Assembly (NCBI GenBank): GCA_031361075.1
Contig: JANMCG010000007.1
Location: forward strand, 252 to 64,251
DNA length: 64,000 nt
DNA from: Novosphingobium sp.
Lineage (GTDB): Bacteria > Pseudomonadota > Alphaproteobacteria > Sphingomonadales > Sphingomonadaceae
Direction of reading: 5' to 3'
Below are positions 28,689-37,267 of the stretch, in pieces (the first letter of the stretch is position 1; each line of letters starts with the position of its first letter). The notes beneath the pieces were generated by a model that saw nothing but the letters and a program-made list of their open reading frames with translations, made no database searches and was not told the DNA's origin. The translations under genes and the position numbers were made by a program.

Positions 28689-30919
28689 GCGATCCGATCA
28701 CCACTCTGACGACCAATCCCGACCAGCTCGGCGCTGCGACCGGCATTACCGACAATTCGCTGGTTCCGATCTGGGAACCTGGCGGCCCGCTTATGCGGCT
28801 GCCGGTCAAGCAGTTGATCGGCAAGCTGATCAAGACTGAACTGTGCAAGGCCGATCAGGCGGCGCTCTATGCCGATCTCGCTTGGGCCGCACCCAGCGTC
28901 GCGCTGGTGTTCGCCGATGCCGATCCGGCAAAGAATGGCTGGTACCGCAAGACCGGCGCCAGCGGCGCAGGTGCGTGGGTTCAATTCGAAATCCTCTCAG
29001 TCTCGGTCAAAGCGCTCGCCGACGCCGCTGCGCTGCTCGCCAGGCACTATGCCAACGACGATACCAACGTTGATGTGCCCGGCGGCGCGGCCGGAGACCG
29101 CGGCGCGAAGTACTGGTCGAACCTTGCCGCTGTCGCAGCAGGCACTGCTACCGGGCTCGATATCGTCAATCGCTCGCTGCCCAAATATCGCAACCTGGTC
29201 GATCCCGCCGCGATCGTACCGCATAACCTGGTGCGGGCCGATACCGGTGCTTACGAAGACGACGGCATCGATCCCTATGCCGCAACTGCGCATATCCCGT
29301 GCGAACCGCTCACGCTCTATACGACCCGCAAGGCACTCTATGGCGACGGTGTCCGCGGGCGCGCCTATTTCGACATTTCGGGTGCCTTCATCTCCGGCCA
29401 ATCGACTGCAGTCGCCGCTGGCGGAAACTTCACTTCGCCAGCGGCCGCGCGCTCGATGGCAATCTCGCTTGCCTTTGAAAACAATCATGCCGGCAATTAC
29501 ATCGTCAAGGGCGCGTTGCCGCCAGGCGGTTATCGGGATTTCGAGCTGGTCGATGCAACCACCGCAATCCGCGAGTGCAACAAGGTTCAGGATATCGTTC
29601 GCCCGCCGCTGTTCAATCTGCTGATCAGGTCGCGCTGCCTGCTCGGCTTCGCCACCTCGGCGGGCGGCGTTTCGGCAAATGCGCCCTACTTTACGACCGG
29701 GCCGCTGCCGATCCCGGCGAGCCGCGCATTGCTGTTCAGCGTCGACTTCGTCCCCGGCGCCTCCAATTATGGCTGGCTGTTCTACGATCAGAACGGGGTG
29801 CTCGTGCATGACTGCGGCGCCACCTTCGACATCACGACCCACAACGGCACCGCGAACGTCGAGCTAGCCAACCTGTCGGGGCCGGTGTTCGTCGGCATGC
29901 CGATCGTGGCGGCCGGAATCCCGGCGCGCTCCTATCTCGCCACTGGTCCGGCTGATGGCGGCGCTGGTGCCTATACGATCGCCAGCGCGCCGCTGGGCGG
30001 AACGGCCGGCGCTCCGGCGCTCTCAACTGCAAGCGCTACGGTTGCCGGAACTGGGGGTGGTTGCCTGGCCAACGTCCTGATCCGGCCGCCGCAGATCGCA
30101 GTGCAGGCGCGAATTGCGGCACAGCTCGATCAGCTAGAAGGGGCCTACGTGTACGATCACGTCCCTGCGGCGGGCGAAATTCCCCTGGGCTGGGATGATT
30201 TGGCGCAGCTCAAGCCACTGGCTGGACGCAACCTTCTCACGATGGGCGACAGCATCATGGCCGGCGCAGGCAGCGGCGGCGTGCATATGTGGCCCCTCGG
30301 CATCGCGCAGCTGACCAAAGCCACCTTGAAGACGCAGGCCGAGTTTAGCGGGGCACAGGTTGCGCAGCTACTCACCGCAAAGATCGGCGGGGGTGTCTAC
30401 TCAGCCGCCGATCTGGCTGGTGTTGCAGCTTCGTTCAATAATGTCGGCACCAATAACTGGGGTGCCGTGTCTGGCGCCGCACCGCCCGGAACGCCCTATA
30501 CGTTGCCGTACCCGGGCGCGCACGTCGGCGCGATCGGCGACACCTCGGCATCGGGCAGCTTCATCGGCGATCTGCATGGCCTTTACGTCGAGAAGATCTT
30601 CGCTTGGGACGTAGCGAACAACAATCGCAACGCCGTCCACCTACTGGGCACCGTGATTCGGCGCTACGACAACGGCACGACCGATGGCGATCCGGTCAAT
30701 GCGATCGGCGAGAAGCTGTCAGACTATCGGCAGGCGACGATCGACTTCTGCAACTGGGTCGGAATGCCCTACATCGACCTTTGGAATGTGGCTGGGTTGG
30801 ACCGCGTTCGCGGGCCGGGCCAGTACACCGATGGGCTCCATGCTTCCGGCCAGACCTGCCAGAAAATCCTCGCGCCGCAGGTCGCACGCAAGCTGGAAAG
30901 CTTGGCGAGCATCAGCTGA
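28685..30919 (+). CDS. spike/fibre-like protein with C-terminal SGNH/GDSL hydrolase
   Basis: LLTMGDSI (block I), GTNN (block III) and DGLH (block V); N-terminal phage structural-type segment LYADLA...NGWYRKTGASGAGAW. Confidence 0.75.
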   Translation: MSDPITTLTTNPDQLGAATGITDNSLVPIWEPGGPLMRLPVKQLIGKLIKTELCKADQAALYADLAWAAPSVALVFADADPAKNGWYRKTGASGAGAWVQFEILSVSVKALADAAALLARHYANDDTNVDVPGGAAGDRGAKYWSNLAAVAAGTATGLDIVNRSLPKYRNLVDPAAIVPHNLVRADTGAYEDDGIDPYAATAHIPCEPLTLYTTRKALYGDGVRGRAYFDISGAFISGQSTAVAAGGNFTSPAAARSMAISLAFENNHAGNYIVKGALPPGGYRDFELVDATTAIRECNKVQDIVRPPLFNLLIRSRCLLGFATSAGGVSANAPYFTTGPLPIPASRALLFSVDFVPGASNYGWLFYDQNGVLVHDCGATFDITTHNGTANVELANLSGPVFVGMPIVAAGIPARSYLATGPADGGAGAYTIASAPLGGTAGAPALSTASATVAGTGGGCLANVLIRPPQIAVQARIAAQLDQLEGAYVYDHVPAAGEIPLGWDDLAQLKPLAGRNLLTMGDSIMAGAGSGGVHMWPLGIAQLTKATLKTQAEFSGAQVAQLLTAKIGGGVYSAADLAGVAASFNNVGTNNWGAVSGAAPPGTPYTLPYPGAHVGAIGDTSASGSFIGDLHGLYVEKIFAWDVANNNRNAVHLLGTVIRRYDNGTTDGDPVNAIGEKLSDYRQATIDFCNWVGMPYIDLWNVAGLDRVRGPGQYTDGLHASGQTCQKILAPQVARKLESLASIS

Positions 30920-31362
30920 TGCTGCTTCCGCTCACCTTTCCGAAGTTTGCTGCCGCTTGGCTGCCGATGCTGGCGGCGAGCGTGGCGGTAGATCCGGCAC
31001 CTCGGCTTGCGGACCTGTTCGTCGTCAAGCTCGGCGGGTTCACCGTGCCCGCGCTCACCTGCGCCTTGGGCGCGATCGGCGTGCTGGCTGCCCGGCCGTT
31101 GGCGCGCAAGTCCGAGACAGCTCTCAGCTGGCCGTTGTTCATCCTGGTCAGTCTGATCATGCTGGTCGTGGTTGAGCTGTGGATCCTCGAGAACGGTCCC
31201 GGCGCGCTTTTTGCCTTCGTCATCGCGATCGGTCTCGGTTTCTCTGGCTACGCCCTGATCGAGATGGTCGGCGAGGAAGTGCGCGGCTTCCTCAAAAACA
31301 TTGTCGCCGGCGCGAGTGGGAAACTGCGCGCCAGCATCACTCCTAAGGACCCCCAGGCATGA
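30919..31362 (+). CDS. putative holin (multi-TM)
   Basis: 3-4 TM segments, charged C-terminus, lysis-region position. Confidence 0.6.
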   Translation: MLLPLTFPKFAAAWLPMLAASVAVDPAPRLADLFVVKLGGFTVPALTCALGAIGVLAARPLARKSETALSWPLFILVSLIMLVVVELWILENGPGALFAFVIAIGLGFSGYALIEMVGEEVRGFLKNIVAGASGKLRASITPKDPQA

Positions 31363-31748
31363 ATTACTCTCCGCTCGAGTTCGGCATTATTGCCTTCATC
31401 GTTGTGATGCTTGCCATCGTGATCTGGCGCGGCGGCATGGCAAATCCCGAGGGCACCGGGACGCTCGGCCGGAAGTTAGGCACGATTAAGACCGAACTCG
31501 CCCAAGTGCAGAGCGAGGTGAAGACGATCGCCGGTCGGGTCACCGAGATCGATCGCAGGGCCGCGACAACCGGCGATATCGACGATCTCAAATCGCAGAT
31601 CAGTGAGCAGGCGCAGTGCCTCAAGCAGCTCGACGAGAGTTTGAACGCACTCGGTATCAGCGGCGCAGCGCGCGAGGCGACGCTCGATGCGGTCCGCCAG
31701 CAAGTCCAGATGATTTACCAGGTGATCGTGCCGAAGGGGATGAAGTGA
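31359..31748 (+). CDS. TM + coiled-coil protein (Mu gp25-like position)
   Basis: N-terminal TM and coiled coil; position before gp26/gp27-like genes. Confidence 0.6.
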   Translation: MNYSPLEFGIIAFIVVMLAIVIWRGGMANPEGTGTLGRKLGTIKTELAQVQSEVKTIAGRVTEIDRRAATTGDIDDLKSQISEQAQCLKQLDESLNALGISGAAREATLDAVRQQVQMIYQVIVPKGMK

Positions 31749-32059
31749 TGAGCTTTGGGGCGGATCTAACCAAAGTCCAGGACGGGCACATCCGGCTTGC
31801 CACACTGCGGCTGCTCGATAGCCAGCCGGGCTATTGCGCCAACGACTCGGTGCTTCACCAGGCGGTCAACGCCATGGGGCTGGTTTGCACGCGTGATCAG
31901 ATGCGCGGGCACATCACCTGGCTGCAGGAACAGCGCCTGGTCGAGACAGTCTCGCCGGCACCGGGCCTGCTCGTTGCGACGCTGACCGAACGTGGCGGCG
32001 AAGTCGCCCACGGCCGTTCGTTCATCAACGGCGTCCAGCGGCCGAGCCCGAGGGACTGA
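31748..32059 (+). CDS. Mu gp26-like winged-helix protein
   Basis: RLATLRLL...YCANDSVL...WLQEQRLV...LTERG..VA.GR...GVQRPSP. Confidence 0.8.
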   Translation: MSFGADLTKVQDGHIRLATLRLLDSQPGYCANDSVLHQAVNAMGLVCTRDQMRGHITWLQEQRLVETVSPAPGLLVATLTERGGEVAHGRSFINGVQRPSPRD

Positions 32060-32063
32060 CCCG

Positions 32064-32651
32064 GTGGCATTGACCGGCGTTCCCAAATCGCGGCGCAAGC
32101 AAACGCCCAGCACGGTCGACCGGCTCGACCCGGAGATCCGTGCGCTGATCGGGCACCTGCGGATCGACCGCGGATGGACGATCGACGAAATCCGTGCGCG
32201 CCTGGTCGAGATGGGGCAAACCGAAGTGCCGAGCCGATCGGCGCTGGGGCGGCATATTCGCAGCCTGGCCGACGTCGGCGCCGATCTGCGCGAGACGCAA
32301 GTCTATGCCGAGGCGCTGGCAAAGGAGGCCGGATCGAAGAACGCCGGCCAGCTGCTCGACGTCAACGCGCAGCTGCTGCATGCCAACATGTTCCGCCTGA
32401 TGCTGGCCGAGCGCGACGGTGAAGGAATCCAGCTCGATTCGAAGCAGGCCAAGGAATTCTCCGAAGCGCTGCGCAACCTCGCGCTGATGCGCAAGACCGA
32501 GCTCGAGACGATCGAAAAGGCCGAGAAGCGCGCGGCCGAGAAGGAGCGCATCGCTTCCGCCGATCGCGCCGGCAAGGCAGCGCGGGCGAAGGGGCTTTCG
32601 AAGGATACCGTCGAGGCGATCCGTCACGCCGTGCTGGGGAGCGACACCTGA
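32064..32651 (+). CDS. DUF3486 / Mu gp27-like terminase small subunit
   Basis: STVDRL...PSRSALGRH...GLSKDTVEAIR..VLG. Confidence 0.85.
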   Translation: MALTGVPKSRRKQTPSTVDRLDPEIRALIGHLRIDRGWTIDEIRARLVEMGQTEVPSRSALGRHIRSLADVGADLRETQVYAEALAKEAGSKNAGQLLDVNAQLLHANMFRLMLAERDGEGIQLDSKQAKEFSEALRNLALMRKTELETIEKAEKRAAEKERIASADRAGKAARAKGLSKDTVEAIRHAVLGSDT

Positions 32652-32851
32652 TGCTGCATATCATCGGCACCACTTTGCTGTGGATCCTCGGCCTCGCCCT
32701 TGCTGCGATCTTCTTGCTCGACCAGCTGGCGCGCGGAATGGTGAGCAATCCCGATTCCTACAAGACTTCGAAGACCGGCTGTGTTCTCAGCTTGATCGGG
32801 CTGGCTCTGCTGATCGCCTTGGCACGCGAAGCATTTGGTGGCGCCAGCTGA
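32651..32851 (+). CDS. small 2-TM membrane protein
   Basis: TGATG coupling; two hydrophobic helices. Confidence 0.6.
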   Translation: MLHIIGTTLLWILGLALAAIFLLDQLARGMVSNPDSYKTSKTGCVLSLIGLALLIALAREAFGGAS

Positions 32852-33063
32852 TGGCAGGTTTGCTTTCAAATTTTGACGTCCAAGAAGTGGACGATTTCGA
32901 TGCTAGTAACGCCATCGGTGCGAAAGTACTGGAGATGGCTGATCGCCTCAAAGTTGCTGATGCAGTAGCGCCTGGGTCAACTGCTGCATGGGGCTTTGAG
33001 GTCGACGGGACACGCTATGAATTGCGCATGGTCGTGAAGCCGCTCGTGGAAGACAAATCATGA
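32851..33063 (+). CDS. hypothetical protein
   Basis: Coupled at both ends; visibly more AT-rich codons. Confidence 0.6.
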   Translation: MAGLLSNFDVQEVDDFDASNAIGAKVLEMADRLKVADAVAPGSTAAWGFEVDGTRYELRMVVKPLVEDKS

Positions 33064-34616
33064 AGCGGTCTCCCGAAGACCAGGCCGCGCGCGACGCGTC
33101 GATTCGCGCGCGCGAAATCCAGGGCGATCGCGAAGCGGCCGAGATCGCGCTTATGCGGCTGCCCAAGGGCGACTTGCTGCTAAAGTACCAACAGCGCACG
33201 GTCGATCTGCTGTTTGCCGGCACTGCGCTCCTGGTCATCGAGAAGTCGCGGCGCATCGGGCTCACCTGGGGCATCGCCGCCTTCGCTGCGCTCAAGGCCG
33301 CTGCCTCGGCCGAGGCGGGCGGGCAGAACATCTGGTACATGGGTTACGACAAGGACATGACCCTCGAATTCATCGAGGTCTGCGCCATGTGGTGCCGCGC
33401 GTTCGGCCTGGTCGCCGGCGACATCGAGGAGGAGGAAGTTCTCGAGGCCGATGAGAAGGGCGTGAAAGCCTTCTCGATCCGGCTCGCCAGCGGATTTCGC
33501 ATCACTGCGCTGCCATCGGTCCCGCGGGCACTGCGCGGCAAGCAGGGCATCGTCGTGATCGACGAAGCGGCGTTCCACAAGAACGTCGACGAAGTGATCA
33601 AGTCGGCGATGGCGCTGCTGATCTGGGGCGGCCAGGTCGTGGTTGTCTCGACCCACGACGGCGTTTCCAACCCGTTCAACGTGTTGCTCGACGAGATCCG
33701 CGCAGGCAACCGCAAGGGTTTGCCGCTCACGATCCCGTTCCACGATGCGATGGAGGCTGGCCTCTACGAGCGCGTTGCGCTGGTCGCTCGGACCAAAGGC
33801 ACCCAGCTTCCCGACAAGGTACAGTGGGAAGCCGATATCCGCGCCGCCTATGGCGACGATGCCGCCGAAGAGCTCGACTGCATTCCCAAGACCGGATCGG
33901 GCTGCCTGATCAGCTTGGAGGATATCATTGCGGCCGAGCATGACGACTGCGGCATTCCCGAGCTTTACCAGGGCGGGCTGTGCTACCTCGGCCGAGACGT
34001 GGCGCGGCGCCGCGATGGTCAGATCCAGATCAATATGGAGCTGCTCGGCGATGTGCTGTGGGAGCGCGACAGCTACCGTGAGGTGGGGCAGACCTTCGAA
34101 CATCAGGACGCCTGGTTCGATTCGATGTTCGGCATGCGCCGCCTCGTCCAGGCGCGCATCGATCAGACCGGCATGGGCGAAAAGGTAGTCGAGGATGCGC
34201 AGCGCCGCCACGGCGCAAGCCGGGTGGTTGGTGTGCTGCTGACCGGGCCTAACCGGATCGACCTCGCCTTCGGGCTGCAGCGCCGATTTCAGGAGCGGAA
34301 GATCCGGATCCGCAAGGACGCTCGCACCCGCGCCGATCTGATGGCGATCAAGAAGATGGGCTCCGAGCAATCGGGCGGGATCCGGATCGTCAACGAAGGC
34401 GCGGTCCACGCCGACGAATTCTGGGCCTATGCGCTCGGCTCGCAGGCCTGCGACCTGGCCGGAACGCTCTACGAGTACCGCGGCATGGCGCAAGGCAGCG
34501 ACTGGCGCAAAGGCATCCACGGCGGACCGAAACGCGGCGATCCGGGCTGGGAGCATCCTGACGATCTTGGCCGCGATCAGCGCGGCGGCCGCTTTACCCA
34601 GTCAGGAGGATGGTGA
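33060..34616 (+). CDS. terminase large subunit (Mu gp28-like)
   Basis: EKSRRIGLTW, VIDEAAFH, GRDVARRRD, IDQTGMG and HADEFWA. Confidence 0.95.
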   Translation: MKRSPEDQAARDASIRAREIQGDREAAEIALMRLPKGDLLLKYQQRTVDLLFAGTALLVIEKSRRIGLTWGIAAFAALKAAASAEAGGQNIWYMGYDKDMTLEFIEVCAMWCRAFGLVAGDIEEEEVLEADEKGVKAFSIRLASGFRITALPSVPRALRGKQGIVVIDEAAFHKNVDEVIKSAMALLIWGGQVVVVSTHDGVSNPFNVLLDEIRAGNRKGLPLTIPFHDAMEAGLYERVALVARTKGTQLPDKVQWEADIRAAYGDDAAEELDCIPKTGSGCLISLEDIIAAEHDDCGIPELYQGGLCYLGRDVARRRDGQIQINMELLGDVLWERDSYREVGQTFEHQDAWFDSMFGMRRLVQARIDQTGMGEKVVEDAQRRHGASRVVGVLLTGPNRIDLAFGLQRRFQERKIRIRKDARTRADLMAIKKMGSEQSGGIRIVNEGAVHADEFWAYALGSQACDLAGTLYEYRGMAQGSDWRKGIHGGPKRGDPGWEHPDDLGRDQRGGRFTQSGGW

Positions 34617-34792
34617 TGGAAACGATCGAAGCTAAGATGGCCCAGGCGATCGCAGCGACCCAAGCCCTTCTCGACGCGCTCAAGGCCGGAGCTACCGATG
34701 GTCGCTGCGTTTCACTCGCTGCTACCAAATTCGAGGAAGGCTTTCTTTGGGCCGCAAGCGCTGTCGATGGCGGGAGCATCCTGAATGGCTGA
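34610..34792 (+). CDS. Acb2/Tad1-like helical hairpin protein
   Basis: GRCVSLAATKFEEGFLWAASAV motif; RBS AGGAGG. Confidence 0.6.
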   Translation: MVMETIEAKMAQAIAATQALLDALKAGATDGRCVSLAATKFEEGFLWAASAVDGGSILNG

Positions 34793-34991
34793 TCTAAGCA
34801 TCCTCGAACAAGTGCGCGCCGAGGGCCGCCGCGAGGGCATCGCGCAAATGAGCATGGTCTGCTGGGACGAAGCATTCGACGAGGGTCGCTTTGCGGCTCA
34901 GCGCGAAGAGGACGGCGCAGCGCGTCGCTGGTTCTGGTTTGGCGTCGCGCTGGGCATTGCGATCGCAGTTCTGATTGGAGCGTTCTTCTGA
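34785..34991 (+). CDS. small protein with C-terminal TM
   Basis: RBS GGGAG; coupled to the portal start. Confidence 0.6.
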   Translation: MADLSILEQVRAEGRREGIAQMSMVCWDEAFDEGRFAAQREEDGAARRWFWFGVALGIAIAVLIGAFF

Positions 34992-36694
34992 TGGCAACCA
35001 AGCCGATCCCGCTCGTGTGGCCTGATGGCCGCGAGCTCAAGCGCGAAGTGCTGACCGAGGAGATCGCGGCGCCGGCCTATGGTTCGCCGCGCACGATCTA
35101 TTCGGGGCACCCGGCGCAGGGCATTGATCCCACACGGCTGGCTGGGCTGCTGCTCGGCGCCGAGCAAGGCGATGCGATGGCCTATTTCGAGCTGGCCGAG
35201 GAGATGGAAGAGAAGGACCTCCATTATCTCGCGGTGCTCGGCACCCGCAAGCGCGCGGTCGCGCAGCTGCCGATCGAGGTCGAACCGGCTGGGGACAGCA
35301 CGCAGGAAAAGGACGATGCCAAGCTGGTCGAGGACTGGCTCGATCGCGACATGCTCGAGCACGAGCTGTTCCACGTCCTCGACGCGGTCGGCAAGGGTGT
35401 CAGTTCGACCGAGATCATGTGGGACATGAAGCCCGATAGCTGGTTGCCGCGCGATCTCAAGTGGCGCGACCCCCGCTTCTTCCAGTTCGACCGAGAAACC
35501 GGCGAGCGCCTGCAGCTGCGTTGCTCCGAAGGTTTCGAGGAGCTGCCGGCCGCGAAGTTCATCACCCACCTTCACCCGGCCAAGTCGGGCCTGCCGATCC
35601 GTTCCGGCATCGCCCGGATCGCGGCGTGGGGCTACATGTTCAAGAACTTCGCGATTAAGGACTGGGTCGTCTTCCTCGAGGCCTATGGTCATCCGGTGCG
35701 GATCGGCAAGTATGGCCCGAACGAGAGCGAAGAGAACAAGCGCATCCTCGAGCGCGCATTGCGCCAGCTCGGCACTGACGCCGCCGCGGCCTTCCCCGAA
35801 ACGATGTCGGTCGAGTTCGTCGACCGCAAGGCCGGAACCGCACCCAACGACCTGTGGCGCAGCCATGCCGAATACTTCGACGATCAGATCTCGAAGGCAG
35901 TGCTCGGCCAGACCAACACCACCGACGCCAAGGGCGGCGGGCTTGGCTCAGGTCAGGCAGAAGTCCACAACCAGGTGCGCGAGGATATCGAGCGCGCCGA
36001 TGCCAAGCTGCTGGCCGCGACGCTCAACCGGGATCTGATCGTGCCGCTGGTGATCTTCAACCGCGGGGTGCGCGACAAGTATCCCCGGCTCAAGATCGGC
36101 CGACCCGATCCGGTCGATGTAAAGGCACTGATCGAAGCGGCCGGCGCGCTGACCGATATGGGGGTCGAAATCGACGCCGAGGAAGTGCGCGAACGGGCTG
36201 GCCTGCCGGCTGGCAAAACGGGCGGTCAGATCCTGCTCAAGAAGGCTGCTCCGGCAGCACTGGTTGATCCGGCATCGGACTTGAATTCGGACCCAGCCAA
36301 ATTGGCGGCAGGAAGCCCCGTGAGAAGCAAGGTGCCGCCCGGTGGGGCGGGTACAGCACCGAAGGCCCTCTTATCCCCTCTCAAACGGCCCAGCGGGGCA
36401 ATCGAAACCGCACTCCAGTCCTCGCAGGGCGATCTCCCGGCGCGGGATCCGGATTTCATCACCAGGACCGCCGACGAGGCGCTGGGTGACTGGGAGCCGC
36501 TGATCGAACCGCTGCTGACCTCGATCGATGATCTTGCCGCGCAGTGTTCCGATCTGGGCGAGCTGCAGGAGCGGTTGTCCGAAGCGATGGCGACGATGGA
36601 TCCAACCGCCTTTGCCGAGCTGCTGTCGCGTGGCGGCTTTGCAGCCAGCGTCACCGGCCAGGCCGATCCTTCTGGCAATCCGGGGCGGGCATGA
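34991..36694 (+). CDS. portal protein (DUF935, Mu gp29-like)
   Basis: EEMEEKD..., EAYGHPVRIGKY, ISKAVLGQT and AEVHNQVR. Confidence 0.95.
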   Translation: MATKPIPLVWPDGRELKREVLTEEIAAPAYGSPRTIYSGHPAQGIDPTRLAGLLLGAEQGDAMAYFELAEEMEEKDLHYLAVLGTRKRAVAQLPIEVEPAGDSTQEKDDAKLVEDWLDRDMLEHELFHVLDAVGKGVSSTEIMWDMKPDSWLPRDLKWRDPRFFQFDRETGERLQLRCSEGFEELPAAKFITHLHPAKSGLPIRSGIARIAAWGYMFKNFAIKDWVVFLEAYGHPVRIGKYGPNESEENKRILERALRQLGTDAAAAFPETMSVEFVDRKAGTAPNDLWRSHAEYFDDQISKAVLGQTNTTDAKGGGLGSGQAEVHNQVREDIERADAKLLAATLNRDLIVPLVIFNRGVRDKYPRLKIGRPDPVDVKALIEAAGALTDMGVEIDAEEVRERAGLPAGKTGGQILLKKAAPAALVDPASDLNSDPAKLAAGSPVRSKVPPGGAGTAPKALLSPLKRPSGAIETALQSSQGDLPARDPDFITRTADEALGDWEPLIEPLLTSIDDLAAQCSDLGELQERLSEAMATMDPTAFAELLSRGGFAASVTGQADPSGNPGRA

Positions 36695-36697
36695 TCC

Positions 36698-37261
36698 GTG
36701 GCAGATGGCGATCTCACCAGCACCGAGCTCGACCTCGCCTTCGACTTCTCGCGCAGCGAGAGTGGCGGCTGGCGCGATGCGGCTGGCGCATTGCAGATCG
36801 CTGCGCCCGGCGTGGCGCGCTTTGACCATGACCCGGTCGGCAAACCTCTCGGTCTGCTGATCACGCCCGGCGTCGAACTGGGTGGCGCCGATCGCTGCAC
36901 GGTAGATCCGCTCATCCTGCCGATCGACCTGCTCGACACCGAGGCACCCGGCGCGCGAAACGTTACGGTGTTCCACCGGTTCGACACAGGATCGGGCGAG
37001 CAGCGCCGCGCCTGCTACAGCCGCAACGTCACTGCGACCATCGACGCGCTGCTGCGCCAGGCTGGTCACCACATCGAACTCGGCGTGGTTCGCGGGCACC
37101 GCCCCAATGTCGACGGCTTCATTCACTTCCGCGGTGAGCAATGGCTGGTCCCGGCACCGCTCACGGTTGGCGGGGCTGTGATCGGCACAAGTCCGGTACT
37201 CGGCGACGGGGCCGGTCACCAGCTGATCGTCTGCGGCGCGGAGCCGGACGCCGGTGGCTGA
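36698..37261 (+). CDS. putative head spike/fibre-associated protein
   Basis: FSRSESGGWRDAAGALQIAAPGVARFDHDPVGKPLGLLI resembles the FxRAS...PRFDHDP...GLLIE segment of head-spike fibre proteins. Confidence 0.55.
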   Translation: MADGDLTSTELDLAFDFSRSESGGWRDAAGALQIAAPGVARFDHDPVGKPLGLLITPGVELGGADRCTVDPLILPIDLLDTEAPGARNVTVFHRFDTGSGEQRRACYSRNVTATIDALLRQAGHHIELGVVRGHRPNVDGFIHFRGEQWLVPAPLTVGGAVIGTSPVLGDGAGHQLIVCGAEPDAGG

Positions 37262-37267
37262 CTTCTG

